Origin: Hamiltosporidium tvaerminnensis FI-OER-3-3
Taxonomy: Eukaryota > Fungi > Microsporidia
DNA: 64,000 nt
Reading direction: 5' to 3'
NCBI GenBank assembly: GCA_022605425.2
Contig: JAKIMF020000001.1
Location: forward strand, 1-64,000
The position numbers and the translations under genes are program-made. Positions within the stretch are counted from its first letter, which is position 1; each line of letters starts with the position of its first letter. A model generated the notes under the pieces. It did not search any database and was not told the DNA's origin. It worked only from the letters and a program-made list of their open reading frames with translations. Positions 26,500 to 38,792 of this stretch are shown here, one piece after another.

Positions 26500-27771
26500 A
26501 TGAAACCGGAATGTAAATTTTTTCAAGAAAATCGGTGTAAATTTGGACTTTTATGTAAATTAAGACATCTAACGCGTACATATTTAGTGGATACTCCTGT
26601 ATGGATTCTTTCATGTTTTCAAAGTCTGTACATGTTTGACATTTCAATAGAGGAGGTAAGAAACAGATTTTACGATTTGAAAATGAGTGGGCAATTAGAA
26701 ATATTTTACGAGGAATTTAATACGGCGTGGAAAACCAATTTTATAGAAATGTGTCGGTGTCTGATATGGCTGTCACAAGAAAGTGACATCATATCTTATA
26801 CAGACCGAGGTATAAATATTTTATATGATTTGTCAAAAATAATAAATTCGTATCCGAATTTAGATAATTTTCAGTTGAATTCCCTGGTCGAGGAACTAAA
26901 AAAACAGCCTTTTTCTTCTTCAGAAATTGAAAGATTTAACAAAGTTGGGGATCGAACAGACAAACGAATTAAAGAAGAAAAAATTTTAAATATTTTTAGT
27001 GACAAAGAAGATTCTTTGAATAAAAATGAAAAGAGGGGTGATTCTTTTGTAAATAAAGGTAATTATAGAAATGATTATTATGATAGAAGAGGTTCTTCTA
27101 GGAATTATAATAAAGAGTATAATAATGAACGAAGAGGACAAGGGAGGTCATATTACAGAGATGGTAGAGGTGAGAATAGGGGTGATAATTACAGAGATAA
27201 TTATAAGGACAATCATAGAGATAATTATAAAGACAACAGAGATAACTATAAAGACAACAGAGATAACTATAAAGATAACAGAAACATCAGAGACAATAGA
27301 GACATCAGAGACAGTTATAAAGATCATAATAAAGGATTTGGAAGGAGAAATGACAGAAAATCTTCTTCTTTTGTAGAATTCAGTGGAAATGAAAAAAAAG
27401 ATTTTGTGAGGAAAAAAGAGGGAAGAATTTTAACTTCGGGGGGAAATGAAGCTTATAGAGAAAGGAATGAAATTTATAGAGAAAGGAATTCTGATGGGGT
27501 TTCTGGGAAAGGAGATTTTTATAGGTCGGTGGGTGGTTCTGAGAATCCGTCTTTGGTAAATTCTTCTGCGAGTGTGAATTCTACTTTTATGCAGAATAGT
27601 TTTATTTATGAAAGAAATACTCCTTTCAGTCAGTCAGAAACAAATTTACGAGGTGAAGTGATGGGAGGAGAAATAATGGGAGGTGAGTGTGAAGAAAGTA
27701 AAGAATTTAAGAAAAAGGAAAATGAAAAGAAATTTACGTTTGGTAATTTTCCATATCAACCACCTAATTAG
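26500..27771 (+). CDS. NUP42: Nup42/NUPL2(CG1)-like nucleoporin: N-terminal CCCH zinc finger and C-terminal Gle1-binding-like motif
   Basis: CKFFQENRCKFGLLCKLRH zinc finger, followed by WILSCF and DISIEEVR (NUPL2/Amo1-type W.LSCY and D.S.EE.R), and C-terminal FTFGNFPYQPP resembling the F..G.IP..PP motif. ATG at 26500 follows aaccctttt. Confidence 0.7.
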   Translation: MKPECKFFQENRCKFGLLCKLRHLTRTYLVDTPVWILSCFQSLYMFDISIEEVRNRFYDLKMSGQLEIFYEEFNTAWKTNFIEMCRCLIWLSQESDIISYTDRGINILYDLSKIINSYPNLDNFQLNSLVEELKKQPFSSSEIERFNKVGDRTDKRIKEEKILNIFSDKEDSLNKNEKRGDSFVNKGNYRNDYYDRRGSSRNYNKEYNNERRGQGRSYYRDGRGENRGDNYRDNYKDNHRDNYKDNRDNYKDNRDNYKDNRNIRDNRDIRDSYKDHNKGFGRRNDRKSSSFVEFSGNEKKDFVRKKEGRILTSGGNEAYRERNEIYRERNSDGVSGKGDFYRSVGGSENPSLVNSSASVNSTFMQNSFIYERNTPFSQSETNLRGEVMGGEIMGGECEESKEFKKKENEKKFTFGNFPYQPPN

Positions 27772-27909
27772 TTAAATAAAGGGAAAGTCTTGTTTGGAAT
27801 GAAAATGTTAATTCTTAGATTTTAATAAATTATTTTTGTAATATTTTTAGGATTTTTATTGAGATATTTAAGATTTATTGGTTTAGATAATTAAGACTTA
27901 AATAAATTT

Positions 27910-28155
27910 TATGAGAATGAAAGGATTTTTTTTTGTAGAATTATTCGTTTTTAAGATTTGTGGAGGGAAAGAGAGAATGAAAGGATTTTTTTAAGAATGA
28001 AAGGATTTTTTTTGTTGAGAAATAAGTTTGTAATTATTTGTGGAGGGAAAGAGAGAATGAAAGGATTTTTTTAAGAATGAAAGGATTTTTTTTGTTGAGA
28101 AATAAGTTTGTAATTATTTATTTAAAGAAAGAGAGGATGAAAGGATTTTTTTAAG
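27910..28155 (+). repeat. Local tandem duplication (~78-bp unit) built from gaatgaaaggattttt subunits
   Basis: tttgtggagggaaagagagaatgaaagg...gtttgtaattatt occurs twice exactly, with partial flanking copies. Confidence 0.85.
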
Positions 28156-28315
28156 GTTCAAATATTTTTTTAAGAATGATAAGATTTTTTCCTGAAATTA
28201 TATTTAAAACAAAATTAAAACAGAAGTTTAAAAAAATAGAAATTTTTTATTTTTGAAACAAATTTCATGTAAAAAATATATAAAAATAAAAATTTGAAAT
28301 GTTTTTATTTGTGAA

Positions 28316-28636
28316 ATGATAGATTTTGATGATATTGCTTATATTTTACACAACTACTACTATATTTTTTTAGTTTTAGTTTCAATTATAATAAAATTAG
28401 GAATTTTTTTGGTAAAATTTGTGTATAAAAGGTTTGTTCGTATTGCTCGAGAATATACGTGTAAGGATATATATTTGATATTACTTTTCGTTGGATATTT
28501 AGTTGCATTGATTTATTTTGAAATGATTATACAAAGAATTATATTTTATGGGTATTTATTGATTAAATATCCAGATTATTTTAAAGAAATAGGTAAATTA
28601 GTACAAAGAATTTGTAAGAAATTGATCTTTCTTTGA
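28316..28636 (+). CDS. Small hypothetical membrane protein (106 aa)
   Basis: ATG-started ORF with 2-3 hydrophobic segments. No CCC motif and no known domain. Confidence 0.45.
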   Translation: MIDFDDIAYILHNYYYIFLVLVSIIIKLGIFLVKFVYKRFVRIAREYTCKDIYLILLFVGYLVALIYFEMIIQRIIFYGYLLIKYPDYFKEIGKLVQRICKKLIFL

Positions 28637-29549
28637 AATGTCTGTAATTGAAATTAAATATCAAATCTAATAAAATAAAAAACTTTTATATTTTATTTAT
28701 TCAATTTATTTGGTTTTCTTTTGGTTTTAAAGATACTCATTTGGTTTAGACGATTCTTTTATTATTTAAATAAATGTTTAAATTGTTATAATTGATTATG
28801 AATTACTGATGTTTTAAAATGTACTCAAAACCTTTAAATTTCTTATATTTTTTAGTTGAATTTTAAATTTGTTACTATAGTTTGATATTGATCTATTTAT
28901 AAATGTATTGTCTCAATTAAATATCATTTTTTATATTTTAGTTTTGCTTCTTTTTTTGGCTTATTTGCTTGAATTTGTTTATTTTTACCTTAAATTTGAT
29001 TTTTTGATGCTTACATTTCTTCATTAAGCTTATTGATGTATTGATACAAATTTAAAAGATTTTTTGTATGTCACTAATATTTTAGTCAAACATTTGATAT
29101 CCTTAACGTGTTCTTCTTCCTTATTATTATTTTTAATCACAAAATTGTTAAAATTTTCCTTCATTGTCCGATTAAATATTATCAATATGTCGCTATTATG
29201 GCATATAATTTAATTTTAGTAAGAAAGGTTCTGTTGTAGCAGATATAAGGTCTATGTATAAATAATATTAGACATACTCCTGGTATGAAAATACAAAACT
29301 TTATTTTGAAATTATATTATTGGTTAATTGTAGTAAGTTATCGGTCAATATAAGCTTTCATAAGTTTGCCTAACTCCAAACCAATTAGATGTGATAAATT
29401 TCTATTTCAATTAAAATCTTTTTTTTAACACATTTATTAAATCTAATTTTGATATCGAATTATATTGTTAAATAAGTTTTTTATCATTCACATATATTGT
29501 GAAATAAGGATTTGTAATTTATTTATGAACATTTTTAACAAATTTATTA

Positions 29550-29835
29550 CTTTATATTATGTTTTAGCAAAAATTTTGTTAATCCTTATCTTAATAGATA
29601 CTTTGTTAAGGTTTTATTCTGTTTCTAAAAATAAGTTAATTTGAATCGAAAATGAAAATATTACTGCCGTTCACCGGCATTGAAGAAGTATTAAAGGAAT
29701 ATTTTTTATTGATTGGAGGTCTTCAGGTTTGGTTCATTTTCAGTCTTTCTTAGGGGTAAACGAAATAATTCTTATATAATTATTTAAGGTGTGTTAATAT
29801 CGTCGTTACTCATACCTGAGTTTACGACAATCTCA
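29550..29835 (+). repeat. Second dispersed repeat family, copy 1 (copy 2 at ~57030-57330)
   Basis: gcc....ccggc....agaagtat, ggtcttc..gttt..gttcattttca, taggggtaaa.gaaataat and gtcgt.actca are colinear in both copies. Confidence 0.8.
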
Positions 29836-31032
29836 ATTTTTAAATATTTCAATGCTGTATGTTATTGTTTCAATTTCTGTAATTTTAGATTATGTTTACA
29901 GTTTTTACCTCATTTTGTAAATATCCAGGCTTTTGATACGGAAAAAATATATTGTATATAACTATATAGTAGATTTGTATGATAGATGGTTAGTTTATTC
30001 ATATATATTTTGTTTTAATATAATTTCCTATTCTTTAGTTCCTATTCTTATCGTCAATGTTAATAATATAGTCTATTTAACATAGACTTAGTAATATATG
30101 TTCGCTTCGCAACTCAACACCATGTAAGTCTATTTATAAAATAAAAAATAGAAATAAGTATCTACTTATAATTTCGTAAAAATATTCTTTAATTTAATAA
30201 TATTTCTTTCCGTTTATAACTTCTAATGAATTTATTAAATTTCTTAGAAATACCATCCTTTGATATGAAATTCTACAAAAGAAATTGAAATCTTTCTTTA
30301 AATTCCTATTTTATTAAAAATTAGAATGAAATAGAATGTAATGTTTTTCTATTATTTCTAAATAGTGTGACTATTTAACAAATTCAAAAATAATATTATT
30401 TGTAGCTGATTTCTCTTTGCCAATCTTCAAACCTATTTTTGATAAAATAAAATTGCATTCTTTGCATTTAAGAATAGAAGGGCTAAAAATAAAATTATTT
30501 TATATTTCAATCTAAGGTTATGTTTTACTTCTTTGTATTCTTATTTGAACTGACTCATTGAACAAAATATTTACAAATTAGGTTAAATAAAAAGTTGTAT
30601 GTTTTAGTTCTTCTATTCTCATTTATAGCGATTTATTGAACAAAATTTTTGAAATTAATCTGATATTTTTCTAAGATTATGTTTTACTTCTTCATATTCA
30701 ATTTGCAGACTAAAATAAGCCAATGTTTTTTTTTTGAATTAAAAATTATTTGTCAACAGAAAGATAAAAGTATTTTTTATGAATAGAAAAAAATAGACTG
30801 TACTTTAGAATTTAAACCTATCCAATATTTCTATTCAAAGAATATATTTGAAATTTAAAATATTTGTAATTCTGTATTAAATAAGTAATATTGAATAAAA
30901 AAATTTAAGTTTTAATAAAAATTGTTGGTATCTTCAACCTCATTAAAAATATTTTTAATCACAAATTCATTGTTAAGGAATTAAAAACTTTAAAAAAAAT
31001 TAAATACGCAAATATTCTATGATTTTTCTGAT

Positions 31033-32142
31033 TTATGAAAGGTAATTTGATTTTACTGCAGATGTTTTTTCAGAATTCAATGCATCTTGAATCATTGAAA
31101 ATGAATTTTCACTTCCTTCTACATTGAGAGTATAAATACAAGAATTATAATATTTTAGAATTATTTTTTCTACTCGAACATCTTTAATTCGTTTGTTAAA
31201 AAATATTAAAAACGGTTTGTATAAAACTTTTCGTTTATCCAACGCTATATAATATTCAGTTGCGTCATTTTCTACAGAAACGAATCTTATTATGATTTGG
31301 TCAGGTAGAAATAGAAAAATAATATTTTCATCAAAATATTTTTGAATTTGTTCAAATGCTTTTAGCTTTTTAAATTCTTCAATTAAATATTCTTTTGGTA
31401 TAAAAATCAAAGCTCTTGATTTTCCTTGATGGTACAAATTTATAGAATTGTTGTTTATAACGAAAACTCTGCCTGTGAAACAACCGTTCAATCCTAAGTA
31501 AATTAAAGAGCGGAGTGTTTGAAGTAACTTTTCGTTTTCTTGATTTACATATTCAAATTTTGGTGATTTTTTGTTTAGATCGCTATTTTCTGGTATTTTT
31601 GGCATTTTCGGTTTCTGTTTTTCCGATTCATCTTTTTCTGTTTCTTCAGTTTCATTTTCATTTTTTCTTTGAAATGTTTCTTGAAATATAATAAGACTTT
31701 CCAATTCCTTAATCCCATCTAGAAATGATTTATCCGTTAAATTTGGTTTTTCTCTTAAAAGAAATGTATATGTAGGAGAAAGTGTATAATTAGAAGAATA
31801 AATACGTAATACATCTTTAGAAATATCAAGTCTGATATTTCCATCATAAATATTTCCTTCTTTAAAAGAATGAAATAAAAATAAATTAAAAAGATACGAA
31901 TCTTTAGGTATTTCTTCATGTTTAATCTCTGCAATACATTTAAAAGAATCATAGACAACCAAATTTTCATTTTTTATTTCTACTTTTCTCGTATATTTCT
32001 TTGGATTGTAAGTGGTTTGAAAAAAAGATTTTCTCTGTCCATAACGGTTTATTTCATTTGTCATCCATTTTATCAAAAGACTTTTCAATAAATACGAACT
32101 AAAAAAAAACAATAATATTTTCGTTGCAACTGAGATATGCAT
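31033..32142 (-). CDS. Hypothetical protein, 369 aa, with N-terminal signal/anchor
   Basis: Intact ORF with a hydrophobic N-terminus and upstream aacccttc before the ATG. No recognisable domain. Confidence 0.8.
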   Translation of the reverse strand: MHISVATKILLFFFSSYLLKSLLIKWMTNEINRYGQRKSFFQTTYNPKKYTRKVEIKNENLVVYDSFKCIAEIKHEEIPKDSYLFNLFLFHSFKEGNIYDGNIRLDISKDVLRIYSSNYTLSPTYTFLLREKPNLTDKSFLDGIKELESLIIFQETFQRKNENETEETEKDESEKQKPKMPKIPENSDLNKKSPKFEYVNQENEKLLQTLRSLIYLGLNGCFTGRVFVINNNSINLYHQGKSRALIFIPKEYLIEEFKKLKAFEQIQKYFDENIIFLFLPDQIIIRFVSVENDATEYYIALDKRKVLYKPFLIFFNKRIKDVRVEKIILKYYNSCIYTLNVEGSENSFSMIQDALNSEKTSAVKSNYLS

Positions 32143-32764
32143 TTATTTTTTTTTGAAGGGTTACTTTTTGTTTTACATTGTAATCAACTATTGGTTTAAA
32201 ATTTTCCTTTTTTAAAAGGAGAATAATTTTATGATAATTATTTTGTAATAAATTAATCATTTCATTAATAATATGGGAATTATCCTATCTAAATATTCTA
32301 GTTCATTATAATTAGAATTTGATGGGATTATAACTGAAAAATATTTTAAATTATTTTAAATAAAAAAATTTAAAATAAATTCTGGTTTATAGATTACTGG
32401 TTTCTTAAAATAAATTTTTAAGTTAATAAATTTCTGGTTTATAGATTATTGTACACCATTTTATTTTATTTAAGATTAAAATATTTACGTGATCAAGGAA
32501 TTTTATATTTCATACAATTTAATTAGATAAATTAAATTTTAATTAAAAAAAGAAATATTAAATTTACTAAATTATCAAATAAATTAAAATATTAGTAATA
32601 ACTATGCTAATAATGTCGGCCTGATACATTCAAGCTTAAATGTTTTAAATTTTTTAAAATTCAGCTCATTATTTAAATTTGTTTCTAATATTAGATGTAG
32701 GATACAGTTTTCTTTGATAAATATTACAAAATATATTTAATTTTCAAACAATTCTAACTTTATT

Positions 32765-33485
32765 TTAAAATATCACATCTTTTTAAATATTGGCAAGTGT
32801 TATATTTGTTTTTATGACATTAACGCAGTTCTAGGTTTAACATAAATAACTGCTACCCCAACACTCCATCAGTAACCCCTGCGATACCTAAGTTTGAAAG
32901 AATTAGATCTAAAAGGTGTGTATAAGGTAATTAAAGAGCGAAGCAGTTGCCCGGTGTTCGTTAATCTCCGTTGCATGGTGTGTGATCAGAAGCCCGAAGC
33001 CCATTTTGCCCTCCTCCACTGAGACCATGCAGCATGCTCACTTACTCTATACTTTCTGAACCCAATAAACTTCTAGCTAAGATATATTTCAGAGATTTAC
33101 ACGCGGTCCACCTAGACAATGCAATGTAATACCAACAGGTATAACCTGCTACTCATTTTGTCTCTTTAAAGTATTTTTTTTATCACCCAGGTGCATCATA
33201 ATCTTCTAACCCTAGTGAGCAAGGCTAGGTTTCTATGCTTTTACATGGCAATTACCTGCAAGTTCAGCTGAGGTCTGCAATCTGGTTAAATAAAAAAATA
33301 CAAATAAACTTGAGGAAAAAGTTTCGCCATTTCGTATACATCTCCTCCTCATAACAACTCCCTTGGAACAACCGAAGATGTAGTGTGGTTTTATTTCCAC
33401 CAAAAATCCAAAAAATGACCTCACACCAATTTCACACTCATTGCTAAGTACCGTGTGTTATGTTATTATACATTCTTCACCTATT
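32765..33485 (-). repeat. ~720-bp dispersed non-coding repeat family, copy D
   Basis: Long near-identical blocks to copy B (tggcaagtgttata, gacattaacgcagttctaggtttaacataaa, acactccatcagta, ctttctgaacccaataaacttctagc). Confidence 0.92.
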
Positions 33486-33774
33486 GTTTTATTAAATATA
33501 AATTTTAAAGGTTTTTTTTGTTATTTGTTCGAATGTATTGAGATTTGATTTGCCTTAAAAATGAGAACAAAAATTCTTTTCGTATTTCGTAAATTACAAG
33601 TAAGGACTTTCTAGTTCTTCACATTTTTTTTAACGTCTGTTAGATTATTCTTCCTTCTTCCTTCCTACCCTTCTTTTACTTTCATGCTTTTTTTTTAATT
33701 TAAATAAAATTAATTATTTTGTATTTGGACTTATTCACCCTTAAAGTGTATTTCATGCCAACCCCTTCTTTTAT

Positions 33775-35304
33775 ATGGCAAGGGAAAAACTATACCATTT
33801 AAAGTCTGAGCACACCGAATCTTTTTCTACGCCGAAAACACCTTCAAAAAAGCAGGCATTTCGCCACCATTCAATAAGTATTCCATCTTTTCAATTAAAT
33901 AGAAACGTACAACCACTGGATGTACCAGAACTGACATCAAGTGACATTAACGAACATACCAGTAATTCTACCACGCCTTTTTATACTCCGCACAGATTTT
34001 CCAAACAAAAAAATTGTCAAATTTTGTATTTTAATGGTTCCTTAAATTTCTTAAATTTACAAATAAATTCGATTGAGGAAAAATTCATTTTTCATAAAAA
34101 AATAGGCGAAGGAGATTTTAGTGAAGTTTTTTGTGTTCAAAGAATTTTCGATTCTTCTGTTATGACACCTCCTACAGACCCATCTTCTTTTACTAAAAAA
34201 TATTGTAAAAGAAAAAATAGTGAGGAGCCATTGAAAGTGGAACCCCTGAAAATTAATGCAAAAATTTGTAAAAAAAATGATTTTTCTTTTTTAGACGACA
34301 ACCCTTTTATTTGCAGTAAAAGTGTTCCAAGGAAGAATAAAACACGTTATAATAGGGGAAATTATAATAGGAAAATAAAGGGTGTTAAATATATGGACAG
34401 CTCTTTTATTGATAGTAGTGTTGTTCTGGGTGTTAACAATGGGGAATCTTTTTCTAATGAAAATTTAAAAAATAATTTAAATTTTTCTTGCATAAAAAAA
34501 TATTTGAGAAAATATTCTGGAGAGACAGACAGACTTGCAAAATTAATGGAAGTGAAAATTTTATATGAACTTTTGTATTGTGAAAATATTATAAGTATAA
34601 TTTCTGCTTATGAAGTGGATAGTACGTTGTTTATTGAGACAGAATATTGTAATTTAGGAAGTTTAAGAGATTTTATAAATTATGTTTATTGTGATAAGAA
34701 ATCAAATTTTGTTGCTGAAATTGTACATAAAATTATGATTGAAGTTGGAAGTGCTTTAAAATTTATGCATGGGCTTTCTATTGTACATGGAGATTTGAAA
34801 CCGGAAAATATTTTTCTTAAAGGAAATTTAAATTCATTTTTAGAACAAGAAATCACCGATTTAAATGAAAATGGAATTTTTGATTTTCAGGAGGAAAAAG
34901 AAATTTTTTTTTCAAAAATGAACACCGAGTTTTTCTCAGATAAATATATTTTTAAAGTTGGAGATTTCAATATTTCAAAATATGAAGATTCTTCTGTAGA
35001 AGAAGATGGAGATAAGAAATATATGGCACCTGAAACATTGGATGGTATTGGTGTTTGTTCAAGTGACATTTACAGTTTTGGTTTAATTTATTTAGAAATT
35101 CTTCGTGGTATTGTTTTGCCTGATGGTGGTATTACTTGGAGCAGATTACGAAATAATAATTTTTATGGTTTGAAATTAGCTGGATTGTCTGGATGGGAAA
35201 GAAGAATGGTTGTACAAATGATTGATAAAGAATATAAATTAAGACCATCCGCAGAAGAAATTGTTAAAATATTTGATGAGCATAAAAATGTAAATGATGT
35301 TTGA
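33775..35304 (+). CDS. WEE1: Wee1/Myt1(Swe1)-family protein kinase
   Basis: IGEGDFSEVF Gly-loop, HGDLKPENIF, KVGDFN, EEDGDKKYMAPE (Wee1-type EGD..Y.APE), SDIYSFG and W..LR. TP-rich N-terminus. Upstream aacccc motif. Confidence 0.88.
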   Translation: MAREKLYHLKSEHTESFSTPKTPSKKQAFRHHSISIPSFQLNRNVQPLDVPELTSSDINEHTSNSTTPFYTPHRFSKQKNCQILYFNGSLNFLNLQINSIEEKFIFHKKIGEGDFSEVFCVQRIFDSSVMTPPTDPSSFTKKYCKRKNSEEPLKVEPLKINAKICKKNDFSFLDDNPFICSKSVPRKNKTRYNRGNYNRKIKGVKYMDSSFIDSSVVLGVNNGESFSNENLKNNLNFSCIKKYLRKYSGETDRLAKLMEVKILYELLYCENIISIISAYEVDSTLFIETEYCNLGSLRDFINYVYCDKKSNFVAEIVHKIMIEVGSALKFMHGLSIVHGDLKPENIFLKGNLNSFLEQEITDLNENGIFDFQEEKEIFFSKMNTEFFSDKYIFKVGDFNISKYEDSSVEEDGDKKYMAPETLDGIGVCSSDIYSFGLIYLEILRGIVLPDGGITWSRLRNNNFYGLKLAGLSGWERRMVVQMIDKEYKLRPSAEEIVKIFDEHKNVNDV

Positions 35305-35361
35305 AAAAATACGTTTTTTTTAATTTCAAAGAATTTAAATTGTAAATTTTTATACCCTTCC

Positions 35362-35646
35362 ATGGAAAAAAATAGCGATGAAATTCTAGAAGAACAACTT
35401 GAATTTGTTTTTAAAGATTTTCCACCTTTAACCAATGAGAATATTGTAAAAGGATTTTTAAATCGAAGAGTTGGTATTGGTTTTGTTATGAAAGACACAA
35501 AATTTGATAAAAATTTTGTCAAAAATAGTTTTCTCAGCAGTAAAAGAGCTAAAAGCATTAAAAATGAAGTTAAAAACGAAGAAGATTCGAAAGAAGAGCT
35601 TGCAAAAGATTCTTTTGTAAAAAGTAAGAAAAAACACGTTCTTTAA
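35362..35646 (+). CDS. Small hypothetical protein (94 aa)
   Basis: ATG preceded by atacccttcc (CCC motif), 57 bp after the kinase stop. Protein-like composition. Confidence 0.6.
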   Translation: MEKNSDEILEEQLEFVFKDFPPLTNENIVKGFLNRRVGIGFVMKDTKFDKNFVKNSFLSSKRAKSIKNEVKNEEDSKEELAKDSFVKSKKKHVL

Positions 35647-36029
35647 AAGATATAGAAACAATTTGTGTAAATATCTTTTGCTGTATTTATTTTCTCAAAT
35701 AATTATATTTTATTTTATATATTTAATAAGCCAGCAGTAAGTTTTTGGATAAAAATGAATAAAATTTTAATTTAATATTTTTTCTAGAAATTTTATTTGC
35801 TTTTCAATATTTATTTAATAAAATTCTGGGTTAAAATAGTCTCTCGATTTCATGCATATTCTTCTACTTCTTTACTTTTCAAATTATATAATTTAATTAA
35901 AGATTTTGAATGACGAAGAATTAAATTATTAAAAGAATTATTTTTGACTTTAAAACCAGGGGTTATGATTTTAATGGGATTTATAATTTATTATGATTCC
36001 AAGTTTAATTTAATTTCCAATTTTTTATA

Positions 36030-36725
36030 AAATGACATTAATTATATTATTTTTATATCATTAACACATTCTTAGTTTAAAACAAAATAATTTCACCCCT
36101 ATAACCATAGGCACCCTCCAACTATACCTAAATCCCAAAGATTTTCATATAAAAGATGGGTAAAACTTTTTTAATTAGGAATTGGTTGTCCAGAGTTGTC
36201 TTATTATCTATTATTAAGATGTGATGCAAGTAGAACATAACACACATTGAGCTTTTAAGAATATGCTGATATATCACGTCTCTACACTTTCCGAACCTAA
36301 TAAACTTCCTCCTAAGATATATTTCGACGACTTACATGGGATCTACCTATACGTTTTATCTCATACTACAAATATAGCTTATTACGTGGTTTTTTTGGGC
36401 TTACAAACTTTATGCTTTGCTATCTTTCAGGCGCTAGTCTTCTGACTTGAGTGATAAAAGTTATGTTCTATGCTTTTACATTGTAATTACCTACAGTTTT
36501 AGTCTTGGTTTCCAATCTAGTTACATAAAAAACTACAAAATAGATTTTTAGAAAAAGTTTCGCCATTTTGTAAAATTTCTGCCTATTTATACAAATTCTC
36601 ATAAATCAACCAGAAATGTAATCTAATTTTCATCCTATCAAAAATCCAAACAATTATTTTTATATCAATTTACATATTTATTGCCAAGTAGATTGTTTTT
36701 TTATGTGATTATTCTCTCTCTACTA
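36030..36725 (-). repeat. ~720-bp dispersed repeat family, copy E (diverged)
   Basis: tacactttccgaacctaataaacttc, aagatatatttc..gacttacatggg, caggcgctagtcttct, tatgcttttaca and ttgccaagta align to B/D. Confidence 0.85.
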
Positions 36726-38369
36726 TTGAATTTTCAGTATAAAATTAAATTGTTTTAATCAGTTGAAACAAGTCTGAAGAAACATTCTTTATTGGTTTTG
36801 GATATAAACTTGCTTACTTAAATCTATATATTATAGAAATCTAATTTACAGTTCATTTCGAGATTTTTCAGTGAAATATTCTGGATTCAAATGTAGTTTA
36901 ATATTCCGACTAAACTTATAATTTATTAAAGAAAGGTTGGTTAACGAAGAAACAGTAAAAAAAATCTCAAAACACTTTGTAAATACTTCGAATGAAGAAA
37001 TCCTTAGGATTAATAATTGGTTACATAGACTGAGTCTAAAAATAAGATATATTAAAATTTTACTCTGTAATTCTGTTTCTCTCTTATAAAATCTTTCTAA
37101 TAACGTGGGCATGTTATTTAGTTTAGCCTGAAATAGCAAATTATTAGTTTAATTTAATACATAAAAAATTTGTAAAATCTTTTTTAAAGAATTTAAATTT
37201 GCTTTTATAGATTTGTTTCATTGGATGATTTTAAGGAAATTTGTAGAACATATTGGTAATCTTTTTTTAAACATACAGGGGTTTATTGTGATAAAGCATA
37301 AATGTTGTATTTATAAACTAACAATTATCTCAAATATAATACAGGAATCTGCAAACTTTCAACATTTTTTAATTCTCAATTTGGTACAAAAATAAAAATG
37401 ATTTTTCATTTTTACATATTTATTGATAAAGTTACATTTTATTCATAAATTTTTATTAAGTTAATCTTCTGAATTAAAGATAGCTTTTCTATTATATCCG
37501 CCTTTCTATTTAAGTATTCTATTAGAAGTTTTATTTTCTTATTTGAACATACTGAAAGGAAGTTCACATGATTAAAATATATTTTTAGCTTTTGCTTGTC
37601 GCATTGCTTTTTTAAATTTATATTTTTTTTCTTAAATAGTTTGTAAAAGACATTAATTCTTAATTATTTATTTGAAATTTTTTTTATTCTTTCGACTTCG
37701 TAAATGTTAAATTCCTATGCTGAAATTTTTAATGATGTAACTTAGAGTTTCTTGCCATAAAAACGATTTTATTCTACAGTTTTGTCAAGATTGGTGTTTA
37801 TGTTTTCAATCTTCGTACAAAATAACACAATTTGCATATTTTTCTTCGATTTATTCGTTTTCATTTTAAGATGTAATTAACTTTAAATTAATTTTAAGTA
37901 ATAAAATTTATAAATAAATTGTGTAAATATAATGAAGAAATAGAATTTAAAGTTAATTTAATTAAGATTGTAATTTGTGGAAATTTATTAAGTTTCAAAT
38001 ACATTTTTATTGCTTTAAGAAACATGATTAGTCATGTCTTTGATTAATAATAGTTAGGATTAATCTTTATAATCCGAAAAAAAAAACAAAAAATTAAAAA
38101 TTTACTTTTTTTATTTAAATTATTAAACCATCAATACATTATCTTAGTATAAACACTATATTTCATGTGAAAATACTTTACTAATTTTCAAAATTTTTTA
38201 AAAAAAATTTGTATGTTTTTTTCAATTATTTTTTTTTAGACTTTGTGATGTTTTATTTTGGGACAATCAACATTTTAGACAATGGATTATATTCCAGTTT
38301 TATAAAACGAATAAAACTTAAAAATATATTTAAATTCTTTTTTATTTCATTCTGGTCTATAAAAATTTA

Positions 38370-38620
38370 TATTTTTTTAGCAAATTTGTTACAAATTTAT
38401 TAAATAAAACTCAGTGTTAAAACCATTTTTATCAAAATTTTATAAAAGTTGAGGAAATTTGTTACAAATTTATATAATAAAACTTTGGGCTGAAACCATT
38501 TTATCAAAATTTTATATAATTTTTTAGCAAATTTGTTACAAATTTATTTAATAAAACTCGGGGCTGAAACCATTTTATCAAAATTTTATAAATAGTTGAG
38601 GAAATTTGTTACAAATATAT
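38370..38620 (+). repeat. Tandem array (aaatttgttacaaattt...aaaccattttatcaaaattttata), 3-4 units upstream of the SAPS-like gene
   Basis: Directly visible repeats with a quasi-palindromic core aaatttgt-t-acaaattt. Confidence 0.8.
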
Positions 38621-38792
38621 TTTTTCAGAAAGTCTTTATTTTAAGTCAGAAATACTTAAGAATCCAATGAAAGATTTAAAAATTAACAAATTTATATAAA
38701 TTAGATTCATGAGTGAAACTTCTATGGTAAAATCTATTTTTTTATAAAAAATCAAAAAGTCTTTTAAATAAAACAAATTAACCCACGCCATT

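Noticed and set aside
33205-33216. Telomerase RNA template (ctaaccctag) in repeat copy D
   Set aside because: Not conserved in other copies (ctaactcgag in B) and lies on the strand opposite the UUCG hairpin.
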